A stretch of 64,000 nt of DNA, taken from Amoebophrya sp. A120 (Eukaryota > Protista > Dinoflagellata). A model generated the notes under the pieces. That model made no database searches. It worked only from the letters and a program-made list of their open reading frames with translations, and was not told where the DNA came from. The DNA is taken from the NCBI GenBank assembly GCA_905178155.1, contig CAJINV010000010.1, positions 1,757,182-1,821,181 on the forward strand, written 5' to 3'. How positions within the stretch are numbered: the first letter of the stretch is position 1; each line of letters opens with the position of its first letter. Positions 22,901 to 34,000 of this stretch are shown piece by piece. A program made the translations under genes and the position numbers.

Positions 22901-25900
22901 CGCACTGGCACACGGAGCAAAGCCGCCCCCTCCCAAAAATTGGGCGAGGGCGGTGCCCGGTTTCTCGCGCAAACTGACACGGGGACACGGGGCAAAGCCG
23001 CGGCCAGAGCCGTAGTCTCCGCCGCACTGGCACACGGAGCAAAGCCGCTCCCTTCCCAGAATTGGGCGAGGGCGGTGCCCGGTTTCTCGCGCAAACGGGC
23101 ACGGGGACACGGAGCAAAGCCGCGGCCAGAACCGCTGCCGCCGCACTGGCACACGGAGCAAAACCGCTCCCCCCCCCAGAATTGGGCGAGGGCGGTGCCT
23201 GGTTTCTCCCGGGAATTGGCATGGGGGTGCATGGCGCAAAAGTGCGGCCCGAAGCTTCGCAGAATCAGCCGGGCGAAGGCGGTGCCTGCCCACTTTCTCG
23301 CGCAGACTGGCTTGGGGACACGACACGGGGCAAGGCCGCGGCCTGCGCTTAGTTTCCCAGACTTGGGCGCAGGTGGTGCCCGGTTGGGTTTCTCGCGCCA
23401 ACTGGCGTGGGCACACGGAGCAAAACCATGGCCAGAGGCTCCCCAGAGTAGGGCGAAGGCGGTGCCCGGCTTCTCGCGCGAACTGGCACGGGGACACGGA
23501 CCAAAACCGCGGCCCGAAGCTTCGCAGAGAAAGAGTCGAGCGGCCGAAGGCGCTGCCTGCCGGGTGCCCGGTTTCCCGCGGCGACAGACTGGCAGGGGGA
23601 CACGGACGAGCAGGCTGCCAACGTCTGCCGCCGGCTAGCTTTCAAAAGTCCGCCCGCGCTTCCAGAAGTCCGGGACGGGCCTCGTGACGTTGGTCGGCGG
23701 CTTGCGGGATTCCGGCCGGCGCAGACATCCAAAAGCCCGGCCGCACTGGCCAAAGAAAAGCCGGGCGGCGACTTCCGCAAGGCTGGGGGCCGCTTCCTTC
23801 CGCAGGTGTGCCGCCGGCTTTTAGAAGTTAGGCCGCCCGCCAAGCGCTTCTCTCCTGAAGTTCGTTGAAGTAGGGCCGCCAGGCAGCGGCGCCCAATGGC
23901 CCGGCGCCGACTTCCAAACGCTTGCCATCAGCTTGCAGGCCGGTGTCGGAGTCCTGCAAGTGGAAGCAAACGCGCCACCCCTCGGGCGCCCATCGGGGCG
24001 CCCTATGTGGTAGCCCGCTGGGGATGGCGCGGCACTGGCCATTCCTCTACTTCGCGACGCGCGTCCCCGTTGCGGTTGCGTTCGAATGTCGCGAGGAGCA
24101 AGCCCGCCCGGCCTCGGAAACTGCTCCGACCGCCCAATGCCCTCCAAAGATGCAAGGTCTCTGCACGGGGGCCCCAGCCCCCGTGCTCGGACCTTGTTTG
24201 TAATGCATAATTGCGATTACTACGAGTACGATACTTTTGCACAGGATACATCCGTAGAGCCCGCAAATCATCGGAGTCCTCGAGAATCATCTCGAAATAG
24301 AAGGGGATCGTGGCAAAGAAGTCGCACAGCTTCATCGGGGTCAGCATCAGGTCCCAGGCGTTACCGTGGACGCAGTAGTAGGCGACTACGGATGTGATAT
24401 ATTCGAAAGTGAAAAAAACGGTGCAGCAGACTTCTACCTGTTAGATAGGATTTACAGAGATTCTTGAGACTTCGGCTTTATTTCATTTTTGTCCTGCTAA
24501 TCATAGTCAAAGGGACAAGTCGGACAGCACGTGCAAAAACATACTGAAAAAGAAAATCTTCAGGAATTTTGATTTCTATACCACATAGAACGTCTGGATG
24601 TGATCGTAGCCCGCTAAATCTGGTTCCGTCTGTAAAACGAAGGTGCAGACGCTGATCAGAATCACCAGAATCGTAACCGTGTGAATCACGGAGGACGTAT
24701 CCAGGAAAAAAAATCTCATCCCAAACATGCACGCAGTCCACGTCCAGTGCTTGTCATGCAGAAAATGGATGCTGGGCCTGGGAGTGGGTGCTTTATTTTC
24801 CTGGATATGACGTTTTCGAAAACGAGGCACTCTCCAAGGTTTCGTGCAAAGTCCGCCATACGTTATCGTAGTGCACCTCCAAATTTGCACTCGGCAAGAT
24901 CGGCACTCCCGTCGTTTCATCCACCTGGAGCTTACTGGGCGAAGCCACGGTATGGAAGGGTCAGGATCGAAATCGACTAAGTTGAAATTATAATTTGCCA
25001 TGCATAACATGGATGCCAATTGTAAACCAGTTTCCAAGTGGCGCATGACAAGTTTGGGTAGAGCCGAAATCTAGTTTGTCATGCTGTTTGGGTAACGGAG
25101 ACGCCTTTTGTCATGCTACTTTAGCAGCTCTATTTCTACCCCGAAGCAGGCTGACAATCTGCCTCCCTGGCCTACTCTGCAAGACAGGCATTTTGTGGGT
25201 TGCATGTTATGCATGACAAACTATTTCAACCTTGACGATTTCGGTTCTGACGCATCCATACACGAGGTCGTGCAGAGGATGACCTAAACCCGGGGAGCCT
25301 GCAGTCCCGTTTGGTGTTATCACAATAAAAAGTGTTAACGTTGACGGTTTTCATAGATTGCAAATATGCATGGCAAATTTTGCTTAGCGTGCATGCTACG
25401 CATGACAAATTTGGGCACGTTTTGTGATGCATTTCTGCATCACAAATTGAAATTCCGTTTACGTTGACACTTTTTCCTGTGATAGGTGTGCTGGCGAAAT
25501 GAAACGCGTTTGGGTCTCCGGGAGAGGATATCAAATGTAAAAATGTCTGGGTCTGGAAGAATGCGAGATTTGTGATGCAGGTTTTCCATGACCCGTGCGG
25601 TCTGATATGCGAGACCCAGCATGACAGATTCTTTGAGGACTCTATCATGCCTTTCCTGCATCAGAAAATCCCTTTCAACTTGGTCAAAAGCGGAAGGCTT
25701 TTGGCACTCACGCAACACAGATTTTTGCATCATTTAGATGTAGCATGAGAAGTTCTAATCGTAATCTTCCAGACCCAGACATTTTTGCAGTTAATAGAGG
25801 AGGATGCGTAGCCATGCGGATGTGAGGAACTGGAGGTTGCTAGCCTGCTGGTGTGATGCAACCCCGAGTGGTGGTGCTCGGAAACAAGATGATCAGCATT

Positions 25901-26290
25901 CGGGGAGGAGTGATGATGCTGAGCATCATCGTCTAGCAATAATTCGTGCGGCGATGTGCAGACGCCGTGCCGGCTACTGCTGTGCAGATGATGGTCCTTC
26001 TGGGCAGAGTGGAAGGCAAGTGCAGTAGCCTTGCTGTGACCACCGACGGCGAACATCTTGTCGCGGCTTTGGTGTTCGTGGATTCAGATATTGTTTTCGC
26101 TCCTTCTGGAATCCATAGGACAGAAACAAGAACAGAATCTGCTTCGCTCGTCGAACTCCCACTGCTGCAATGGTCAGGGAACGCAAACTCGCACTCGTTA
26201 CAAGCGCACACACACACTCAACGCAACGCTGCGCTTTATTTTGACCGCTGGCGGTCACTTCATCTCTCCAGCACGGTCTCCATTTCAAAA
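10943..26290 (-). CDS. Voltage-gated potassium channel (Kv/Shaker-type 6TM) with long low-complexity C-terminus
   Basis: Reconstructed segments: S1 HTVTILVILISVCTFVLQTEP; S2 VEVCCTVFFTFEY; S3 CDFFATIPFY; S4 LRALRMLRIVRLTRLFRVLKLGKYSKG; S5 TLLVLFFLLIVAVLCFSSLLFYVE; pore FPSIPSAIWFTFVSMFTVGYGDQVP; S6 GVILLFGTSLITLPVAVIGGKF. Stop TGA at 10943-10945. Start uncertain. Confidence 0.9.
11119..11380. mobile_element. Introner family B
   Basis: TIR; TSD ggaac. Confidence 0.9.
11448..11635. mobile_element. Introner family A (degenerate)
   Basis: TIR; TSD tggag/tgggg. Confidence 0.75.
11860..12051. mobile_element. Introner (singleton, degenerate)
   Basis: TATCCTTCGTAAAA.CTAC / GTAG..TTTTACGATAGGTA; removal restores frame (LVK-LKTML). 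Confidence 0.7.
13329..13590. mobile_element. Introner family B
   Basis: TIR; TSD ggtac. Confidence 0.92.
13862..16201. mobile_element. Non-autonomous DNA transposon, hAT-like (22-bp imperfect TIR, 8-bp TSD)
   Basis: TTAGAGCTGGAAGGGCCGTTAA ... TTAACGGCTCTCCCAGCTGTAA; TSD AAAATTTG (13854-13861, 16202-16209). Second left end at 7123. No transposase ORF recognised. Confidence 0.8.
15587..15812. mobile_element. Palindromic MITE-like unit with ~80-bp imperfect inverted arms
   Basis: CGCTATGGTGGGCCGGAGGCCTCCC...GGGAGGCCTCCGGCCCAGCATAGCG; second copy ~7634-7813. Confidence 0.7.
16432..16586. mobile_element. Introner family A
   Basis: TIR; TSD agttt. Confidence 0.9.
16790..16956. mobile_element. 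Introner family F inside the K+ selectivity-filter codons
   Basis: TATCAC..AAAAAGTGTTA TIR; TSD catac; removal gives TVGYGD. Confidence 0.92.
17205..17453. mobile_element. Introner family C
   Basis: TIR; TSD cactg/cgctg. Confidence 0.85.
17498..17822. mobile_element. Introner family E
   Basis: TATCCTG..AAAACGTCCCCAC TIR; TSD tctgc. Confidence 0.88.
17939..18112. mobile_element. Introner family A (degenerate)
   Basis: TIR; TSD tctgc. Confidence 0.85.
18152..18373. mobile_element. Introner family G
   Basis: TATCC..AAACTGTTTC / GAAACAGTTT..GGATA; TSD ggcta/ggcca. Confidence 0.8.
18605..18895. repeat. Microrepeat block: (TCCAGGGTAGGT)x3 and inverted ACCCGACTC/GAGTCGGGT units
   Basis: Directly visible tandem and inverted short repeats. 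Confidence 0.75.
19000..19830. repeat. Degenerate short GC-rich tandem repeat (CCGCC.GCGACTTCCAAAAG)
   Basis: Repeated CGGCTTCCAAAAGTCCGCCAGCGACTTCC; related block at ~23620-23950. Confidence 0.7.
19900..21370. repeat. 122-bp satellite array flanking the assembly gap (20261-21174)
   Basis: Same unit as 22360-23600 on both sides of the N run. Confidence 0.75.
22360..23600. repeat. Tandem satellite, ~122-bp unit with two CACGGAGCAAAGCCGC sub-repeats
   Basis: About 7 near-identical units 22360-23200, then degenerate copies. Confidence 0.9.
24438..24581 (-). other. Canonical GT-AG intron in the Kv gene
   Basis: GTG|GTATAG ... CTAACAG|GTA; 144 bp; joins FYV-VEVCC. Confidence 0.75.
24698..24807. 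mobile_element. Short introner
   Basis: TATCCAGGAAAA / TTTTCCTGGATA; TSD ggacg/tgacg. Confidence 0.82.
24951..25260. mobile_element. Introner family D
   Basis: TIR; TSD cacgg/cacga. Confidence 0.88.
25318..25484. mobile_element. Introner family F
   Basis: TIR; TSD ggtgt. Confidence 0.9.
25529..25796. mobile_element. Introner family B
   Basis: TIR; TSD gagga. Confidence 0.9.
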
Positions 26291-27257
26291 AACAAATAAA
26301 TACATCAGCTACACTCGCCTCGTTGATAGAAGCGACGTGACATGATTCAATAGGAGCAGAGTGAGCGCGTAGGAAGCTACTTCGGCCCCTCTGGAGCTGT
26401 TATCTTCACCACACTTAGTTAGAATCAGTCCCGCCCTCCTCTGTGAATATGGCACCAAGGTTGATGCTGATTAACAAGTCTGCCGACTTCATTCTGATCC
26501 ACCAAAACAGCCCTACCATCTAGAGATGGGCTCGTCACTGAGCGGCTGTGGTGGACTAAGTTTTTCTTTCTACACAGTTCGAGCGTAATGCACATCATCG
26601 CTACAACGCAACATGGCGCGGATCCATACGCATACCCTGGCCGTCGCTCTGCGAGGAGCTGCAATCGACAGACACGAAAGGAGTAGGGGCGGCGCAAATA
26701 AAAACATACATCAGCGCGCCCGGCAGCACTCCACACAGCTGCCCCTCGCTGGATTGCGAAGCGAACAACCCGAGGCCAGAATAGAAAAGAATGAAGCCGC
26801 AACGCAGAAGGCCCTGAGCGCGGCCCCCATACATTCAATGCCCATCGGCGGCGTAGCAATGCAACGATAGAGAAACAGGGCGGCCCAGGGCGCGTCCCCG
26901 CGCGGGCGGGCCGTGCGCGCAACTACAGAAACCAACGCGCCACGCGGAAGAGGGCGCCGGCAGCGCCACAACAACACAACGCCCCACCTATGCGGGGGGG
27001 GGGGGGGGGGGCGCCGCCGCGAAATCTATCGCGCGCCGGGACATTGGGGGCGCGCGCACCTTGAACCCGCCCGCCGGAAGAGTTACCGCAGCCAAATCGC
27101 GATGGGCCCCGGGCATGTCCTTCCGGCACCGCTTGCGCAGTTTTCGGGAACCGGCACCAGTAGGCGCCAGCTCGCGGAACTCCGAAGTACTGCGCAACGC
27201 CGGAAAACAAAGGCTGGGGGCCAGCGGGGGGCGGATTGTAGGCCGGTGGGCTGAAAA

Positions 27258-27490
27258 TTGTGGGCCGGTGGCCAGATGCTTCCGCAAAGTCGTTCGCCGC
27301 GCGAGCTTCCTCAAGGTCGTTCTCCGAGACATCTTCATCGTCCTCAGCGTCGCTCTCCGGGACATCTTCCTCAGCGTTGTTCTCTCGGTAGCCTTGCTGT
27401 GACCACCGACGGCGAACATCTTGTCCCTTCGGTTGTGGATTTGCTTTTGCTTCTGGTCCACCGTAGGTTAGTACTAGAACAAGCATGAGC
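27258..27490 (-). pseudogene. Duplicated fragment of the Kv gene 5' region fused to acidic repeats
   Basis: 38 bp identical between 27388-27425 and 26025-26062, plus weaker flanking similarity; adjacent EDVPESDAEDDEDVSENDLEE repeat. Confidence 0.45.
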
Positions 27491-28047
27491 GGAAGGCGGT
27501 ACTTGACACTCGAGCTCCGGCTGCGAAGCAGGTGGTCAGGTAACTACTAAAGCTAGTACTCATCACACAGACTCAACCAAACACTCTCACTCCGCTTCCC
27601 GACCGCAACTCAAGCTTACTGTCACTCCACGATCTTCATGTGAAAAAAATATATTTCTCGTTGATTGTGATCTCATGCTCGGCTCCTGAATCGGAAATAA
27701 GCGCTCATGGAATGTGACTGTGAGGGTGACGAGTTCGACTCCATCGCCATTATCTGCTTCGCGTCCACTAGCGGCCTCACACTCGACGGCGCGGCAGCAA
27801 CAGAGCAGCTGGACACTTCAATCATCAAACCTGGACACTTCAATCATTATCAGCCCCGTTCTTGCAGCCTCTGACTGGAGCTACATCTTCGAACACAAGT
27901 GGTAGACTAGCCATTTTTGTCGTGTAAGAACTACAAGAATCAAGATCCAATCTTTGATCTCGTCATGACTTTGTCCTCGCCTCTTCTAAAACTATATGTG
28001 ATCTTCATTATACCAACTTCATCTCCTCGAAAACGTCGGTGTCAACT

Positions 28048-31000
28048 CTACTCAGCACCTCCCGCAGCTCCCCCCGCGACCATTTTCGTAGCTCTCGTCG
28101 GCATGGTCATCGCCACGCTTGGGTCAATCGAGTCGGGCAACCCGCGGAGTCGGCCCAACAGCATCACGATACACAGCCAGATCTTGCTCCACGCGGTCCA
28201 GGACGCGGAAAACGAGGCTGGGTTGTCGACGTACAAAACCAGTCGCTCGATAAACTCCCCATTTGGCAACTGGGCCGGGCTCACTTGCAGCACCTTCCCG
28301 CCAGACAAGCTGTATGTCCGGTGCAAAAATGTTCTTGCGCCCGTACTCGTATTGTACTAAGTGGTGCAACATAGATATGCTACATGACAAAACTCTAAGT
28401 AATTGCCTTCTCCAGCAACACAGATTGCGTTCTTTGTTCATCTTGGGAAAATTTGTATGAGTATGCAATTTCCATTAGTTCTACATTCTCTACGTAAAAG
28501 TACGAGCGCGATGCTTTATTTGCAATGCCAATGCATACTGTACCCGACCATGCCATACGCGGAGATGATTTCGTAGATCAGCTTGAAGAAAGGAACGTCA
28601 TTGTTCGCCACCGGCTCGCCAAAGTTTTGTGTAGACTATGCATCGTAAAACTATCGTCTTGCCTGAAATTGCATGTAAAAAATCGCATGACAAACTACAA
28701 GCGAAATTTGTGACGAAGCTTGTTCCGATAAAGCTATCATGCACACAATAACTGATGCCTGCGTCAGCGCGATAGTTTCATTTGCGAGAACAAGTGCGAT
28801 AGTTTTGCATTTCATACAGACTGGTCCACCACAATCTTGTCGATGTGGCGTTCGCCACCTCCTTTCGAAGTTGAGGACGTTCTGTTGGTAATATCGGTGC
28901 TAGGTGGGTCGTAGGTAATGGTCAAAATGTTGTGGAGGGGCGGCGGGGGATTGTAGCCTGGATCTTCTCCGCCCAGCATAGTTTCTGGGTCTACAAACTC
29001 TCCGGCGCGAAGATTGCCTTCGAAATAAAATCCTTGCGCCCGACGTTTTTTACCCTGACCTGCAACTACGGCCTCAGCGACGACTGTGTGGTTTATCTTC
29101 CGGGTGCTGCCGGGCCCAGTGTAGTTCTTCTCGTGCTGCTGGTAGCGCACATCACCGCCTATGTGCAGCGTCGTGTTTTTCAGATCTTCTTCGTGCGACC
29201 ACGTATGCTGGACGCTGGTTCGCTGCTTTTCTGCAGCAGGTTCACGACCCGCTGGTGCTCCTCTTGTGGTTCTATTCCACTTGTAGTTTGAAATGAAGGT
29301 TGGATCCGCGCCGTCGGATTTGTTCTTCGCACTTTCCACAGGTACTACCGTGCTTCTCCTACCCGGAAACGGAATCTTCATATCTTCATCTTCTCGACGG
29401 TTTTTCCCAGCAGCAAGACTGTCTTTCTTTTGCACCTGGTGTTCCCCGCCGCTCCGGGTCGTCTGCTCCGGCTCGTCAGTGCCGAAGATCCTGTTTGCCG
29501 GATTTTCAGCATTTTTCTCACTATCCGCGAATCTCCTCCCGACGTTGTTGCCGTAGTTTTCGCCGTGAAAGTACCCGTAGTCTTGCCTCAAACCACGGTA
29601 GCGCTCGGCGTTCCGCATTTTCCGAATGTGATTGAAACCAGAGTGACTCTTCGGAATGGTCGTCTCGAAAGTCAACACTGCGAAAATCACAATCACCAGA
29701 AACACCGTGTGCTGCAACATGTGGTAGCGAATTTGCGACCGCAAAGTGTTTATGAACTGCAAAAGTATCGCACTGTCGTATAAATGCATTACAAATTTCC
29801 TCAGCATGAGATGAAATAAAATTTGTAATGCGGATTTACCTTGAGAAAAAGATTTGTGATGCATGACTGCAATACGAGTGCGATACTTTTGCACAGGGTA
29901 GTGTTCCGCACCTCGCCCGCGCCGTCGTTGACGTTGGCCCCAGTTGCATATCAAATCGTAAAAGTGACTGGGTCCTCTGGAAGGTTAGAACTTGTGATGC
30001 TAACTTTGGACTCTAAAAAAATTTGTATTGCATGACCAGCAAGAGGAGTCTAGTTTGTGCTACACGGGAAGGGCGTCTGTCATGCGGAGTAGGCATCAGA
30101 AAGCCGTCTAAAAATCTGTGATGCTAGGTCGTGCATTACAGACATCCTGGGCCATGCAAAATATGCATGACAAGTCTCAGAATCTTCCAGACACAGACAT
30201 TTTTACATTTGATATTGCACCGTCGCCGCCCATGATGTCAATCCCCTCCACCGCCTCCTGGTCTTCAACAAACTGCGTTTTTCGCTCCTTGTCGTTATCT
30301 ATCCTGTGCAAAAGTATCGCGCTCCTAGTAATCGCAAACATGCATTACAAATCTTGCTCTTAGGGCAAAACTGCATTACAAGTTTTATTTCTCATGCTGA
30401 GGAAATTTGTGATGCATTTATACGAGTACGATACTTTTGCAATTCATATTATCCAGGGCGAGGGTGGACTCGCGCCCGAACAGCTTGCTGGCCATCGTCG
30501 CAAGACTAGGGCGGGCTGCAGGTACGACTGCTTGTGCTTCTCCCCCCGCTGCAGCCAAGCCCTTGGTCGTAGATGTTGTTCCGGAATTTTTTCCCGAGCT
30601 GCTGGCATTTGACCCTGCGTCGGATGAAACAAAAGCTGCTCCTGGCGAACGGCGTTTCTTTAGCTCCTTATGGTCCACAGGGCTGTCCTCGGTGTCGTGT
30701 CCTGTCTGCAACTTCTGCATGGTGGTCTTTGTTCGAGTGTTGTTTATTTTGGTCATGGGGTTCTCGTCCTGACGAACTAAATCGTTTTTCGTTCTTGCCC
30801 CTGCTGTAGTTGCACTTGCAGCTGCGTTAAGAATCGTGGAAACTTTCTTGTCCTGCTGCAAAGTTGCTGCACCTGCACGACGAGACTCTGCTGCAGGATC
30901 CTCATCCTCACCCGAAGACGTCGGAATGTGCAGCGAATTCCCGCCGACGCTCAAATTTTCGTTGCTCGAGGCACGATATGAACCGCAGAAGTATCCTGGT

Positions 31001-34000
31001 ACTCGTATAAATGCATTACAAATTTCCTCAGCATGAGAAATAAAATTTGTAATGCTGATTTACCTTAACAAGAGGATTTGTAATGCATGATTGCAATACG
31101 AGTACGATACTTTTGCACAGGATACACGATGCAGCGAGGTTGCATCGTGGTCGTCGACGTTGCTGGTCACGCTGCGATATGAAAAGCAGCACAGGTATCG
31201 TACGTATTAGTACTGTACTTCTCATCGCAGTCATGCATTACAAATTTCTTCCCTGAGGCAAATCAGCATGACAAATTCCATTTGTCATGCTGAGCAAGTT
31301 TGTATTGCTATTCCTACTATGTAACTTGTTGTACGATACGTTTGCATCGCATATGGGACCGGAGCGTGGTGTGCTATTCGCGGTGATTGTTTGATGATGT
31401 TGGACCTTATTCGATATTACAGGGACTTGGAGGAGCTGCGAGGATGTTGTGACTGATGCCCCCGATAGTACCGCTGCTGGGCTACGACGAACTGCTTCAT
31501 CGGGAAGTTTATTTCGATCAGCATCGTCATCACCAGCTTATGCATAGCAAAACCAAAAGTATCGCACTCGTCGTATAAATGCATTACAAGTTTCCTCAGC
31601 ATGAGAAATCAAATTTGTATATGCTGATTTACCTTAAGAAAAGGATTTGTAATGCATGATTGCAATACGAGCACGATACTTTTGCACAGGATACAGCTTG
31701 CGAAATTCGCAGTCGCTCTAGCGGGTCGACTTCTCGTTCTGGTGGACTCTGAGTTCCCTGCTTGTGCTTCTCCGCAGCTGCTTCCAGAAGAACTCTCTCC
31801 TCAGGCTCCGACCGGATTTCATTCTCATTCTCACCGGGCCTGTTTTCATCTTCTACTGGTACTGCTCCTTCGATTAAATTAGTGCCTGCTTCTTGTGCTT
31901 CGCCTTCCGGCTTCTGGGGCTTGTCGAGGAGAGCCTTCTTCATGTCAATTGTGTCCATTTGCGTTGTGGCCCGCATATCATTGTCGTTCCTTTCTTCACG
32001 ACGACCAGCCGCTTCAGCTTCTGTACGCGGTGACCTTGCAGCAGCTTCTTTTGTTGTTCCAGGAGAGCTTGCTTGTTTTCCTTTGATTTGCGTGCCATCC
32101 TCTTCGTGTTTCAGGCCTTTTTTAACCGGCGCGTTATCTTCCGCCTCCTCTTCCTCCGGGCTCATTTCCTCCGGCGAAGACTGATCCGCCTGGATTCCTC
32201 CCGGGGCGAAGGGCAGACTCAAATCGTGTATATGAACTGCAAAAGTATCGCTCTAGTAGTAATTGCAATACAAATTAGCTCAGCATGACAAATGGAATCT
32301 GCCATGCTGTTTTGCCTTGGAATAGAGATTTGTAATGCATGGCTGCGATTACTACGAGCACGATACTTTTGCACACGATAGTTTATCCCGCCGGAGGAAA
32401 TGCTGGTGTACCGCATTACCATATATGGAATGTAAATTTCCTGTACATGTACAAAAGGCATGACAAATTTCGCCACCTTGCAGAGCCCAACTTGTCATGC
32501 TGGACTAGGATTGCAGGCAAGTTTTGTCATGCAGAAACCACACTTGTACGTGTACGGGAAATTTCCTGTGAATACCACAACTGTCGGCGACATCGAGATG
32601 TACATGCAGACCAGAACTAGCCACAAAGACGGCAAAGACAGCTATGAACTGCAAAAGTATCGTCCTCGTATAAATGCATTACAAACTTCCCCAGCATGAG
32701 AAATAAAATTTGTCATGCGGATTTACCTTAAGAAAAAAATTTGTAATGCATGAATGCAATTACTACGAGTACGATACTTTTGCACAGGATAACAACTCGT
32801 TCATGTCGATGTTGTTGCACCCAGTCGTTCGGTATGCAATGTAAATTTCCTGTACATGTACAAAATGCATGACAAATTTCGCTACCTTGCAGAGCCCAGC
32901 TTGTCATGCTGCACTAGGATTGAAGGCAAGTTTTGTCATGCAGAAACCCGATTTGTACTTGTACGGGAAATTTCCTGTGGATAGTCGACTCGAAGCCGAC
33001 TGGAGCAACGCATTGCTGAATTTCAGCCAGTATCCTGTGCAAAAGTATCGTACTCGAATTAATGCAATTCTTGCATTACAAATCTTTTGCTTAAGGTAAA
33101 TCAGCATTACAAATTTTATTTCTCATGCTGAGGAAATTTGTAATGCATTTATACGAGTACGATACTTTTGCAGTTCATAGCCAGAACGGCGTCTCCGCGG
33201 GTTCCTCGTCTTGCAGCGAGGCGTTCTCGTTTGGGTGTGCGTACTTCGTGCTTGAAGATGAAGATGATGCACTCCGGAAGTAAGGGGCAGCTCCTTCTAC
33301 ACTGTCGCTATTGTCGTCCTGTTTCTTGTCCTGTGGAGGGTCTCCGTCTCCTCGTCCCCGCGGCGCCCGCACAATCTGCCCAAATGCCGGCCCTTCCCAG
33401 TCGAAGCCCAACATGCAGGCCAAGAGTGAGATATCCTGGAAAAAAAAGTGTTACAGTTACACACTCTGAAGGAAGACAAGCAAGACAGACAACCTTTGTC
33501 ATGCAGGAGATGCTTGCAAGCCTCATTTCATTCGTATTTTCCCTTACAGTCTGCGCATCACAAGCTTTCTGGGCCATGTCGAGCAACTTTGTGATGCAGA
33601 AACTCCAACAAATGTGTAACTGTAACACTTTTTTCCTGTGATATGAGAACACCAGCAAACACTGCAGAAACAGCAGCCACTGGGTGTGCGCCCGGGGGAA
33701 GAGGTGGGTGCAGCAGCGCCGCGGGTGCTTCAGGAGGAAGTCGTAGACATCATACTCGTATCAACTGCAAACATGTCTGGGTTTGGAAGAGAAGTGCCAG
33801 ACTTGTCACGCAGGTTGTCCATGACCCATGAGGTCTTGTATGTAGGACATAGCATGACAGATTCTGCGAGAGGACTTCTATCATACCTATCCTGCATGAG
33901 AAACTACTGCGACTGCCTCCTGATTAGGTCAAAAGTGGACAGCTTTTCTTGGGAGTCATGCAATACAGATTTTATACATGATTCAGATTTAGCATGACAA

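Larger units (their letters stand above)
18448..24248. mobile_element. Introner family A expanded to ~5.8 kb by a nested satellite-bearing insertion (18558-24196)
   Basis: Left part ends GGGAACCAGATT at 18557; right part resumes TTTGTAATGC at 24197; TSD catcc; removal joins S4 LRALRM-LRIVRL. Confidence 0.85.

Noticed and set aside
22360-23600. CRISPR-like repeat array or repeat-protein ORFs
   Set aside because: The units are tandem with no unique spacers and there are no cas genes. Long ORFs in several frames reflect GC-rich satellite DNA inside an intron.
27908-27920. TAGCCATTTT resembling the dinoflagellate spliced leader
   Set aside because: Only about 10 nt match, on the strand opposite the genes; no SL-RNA context.
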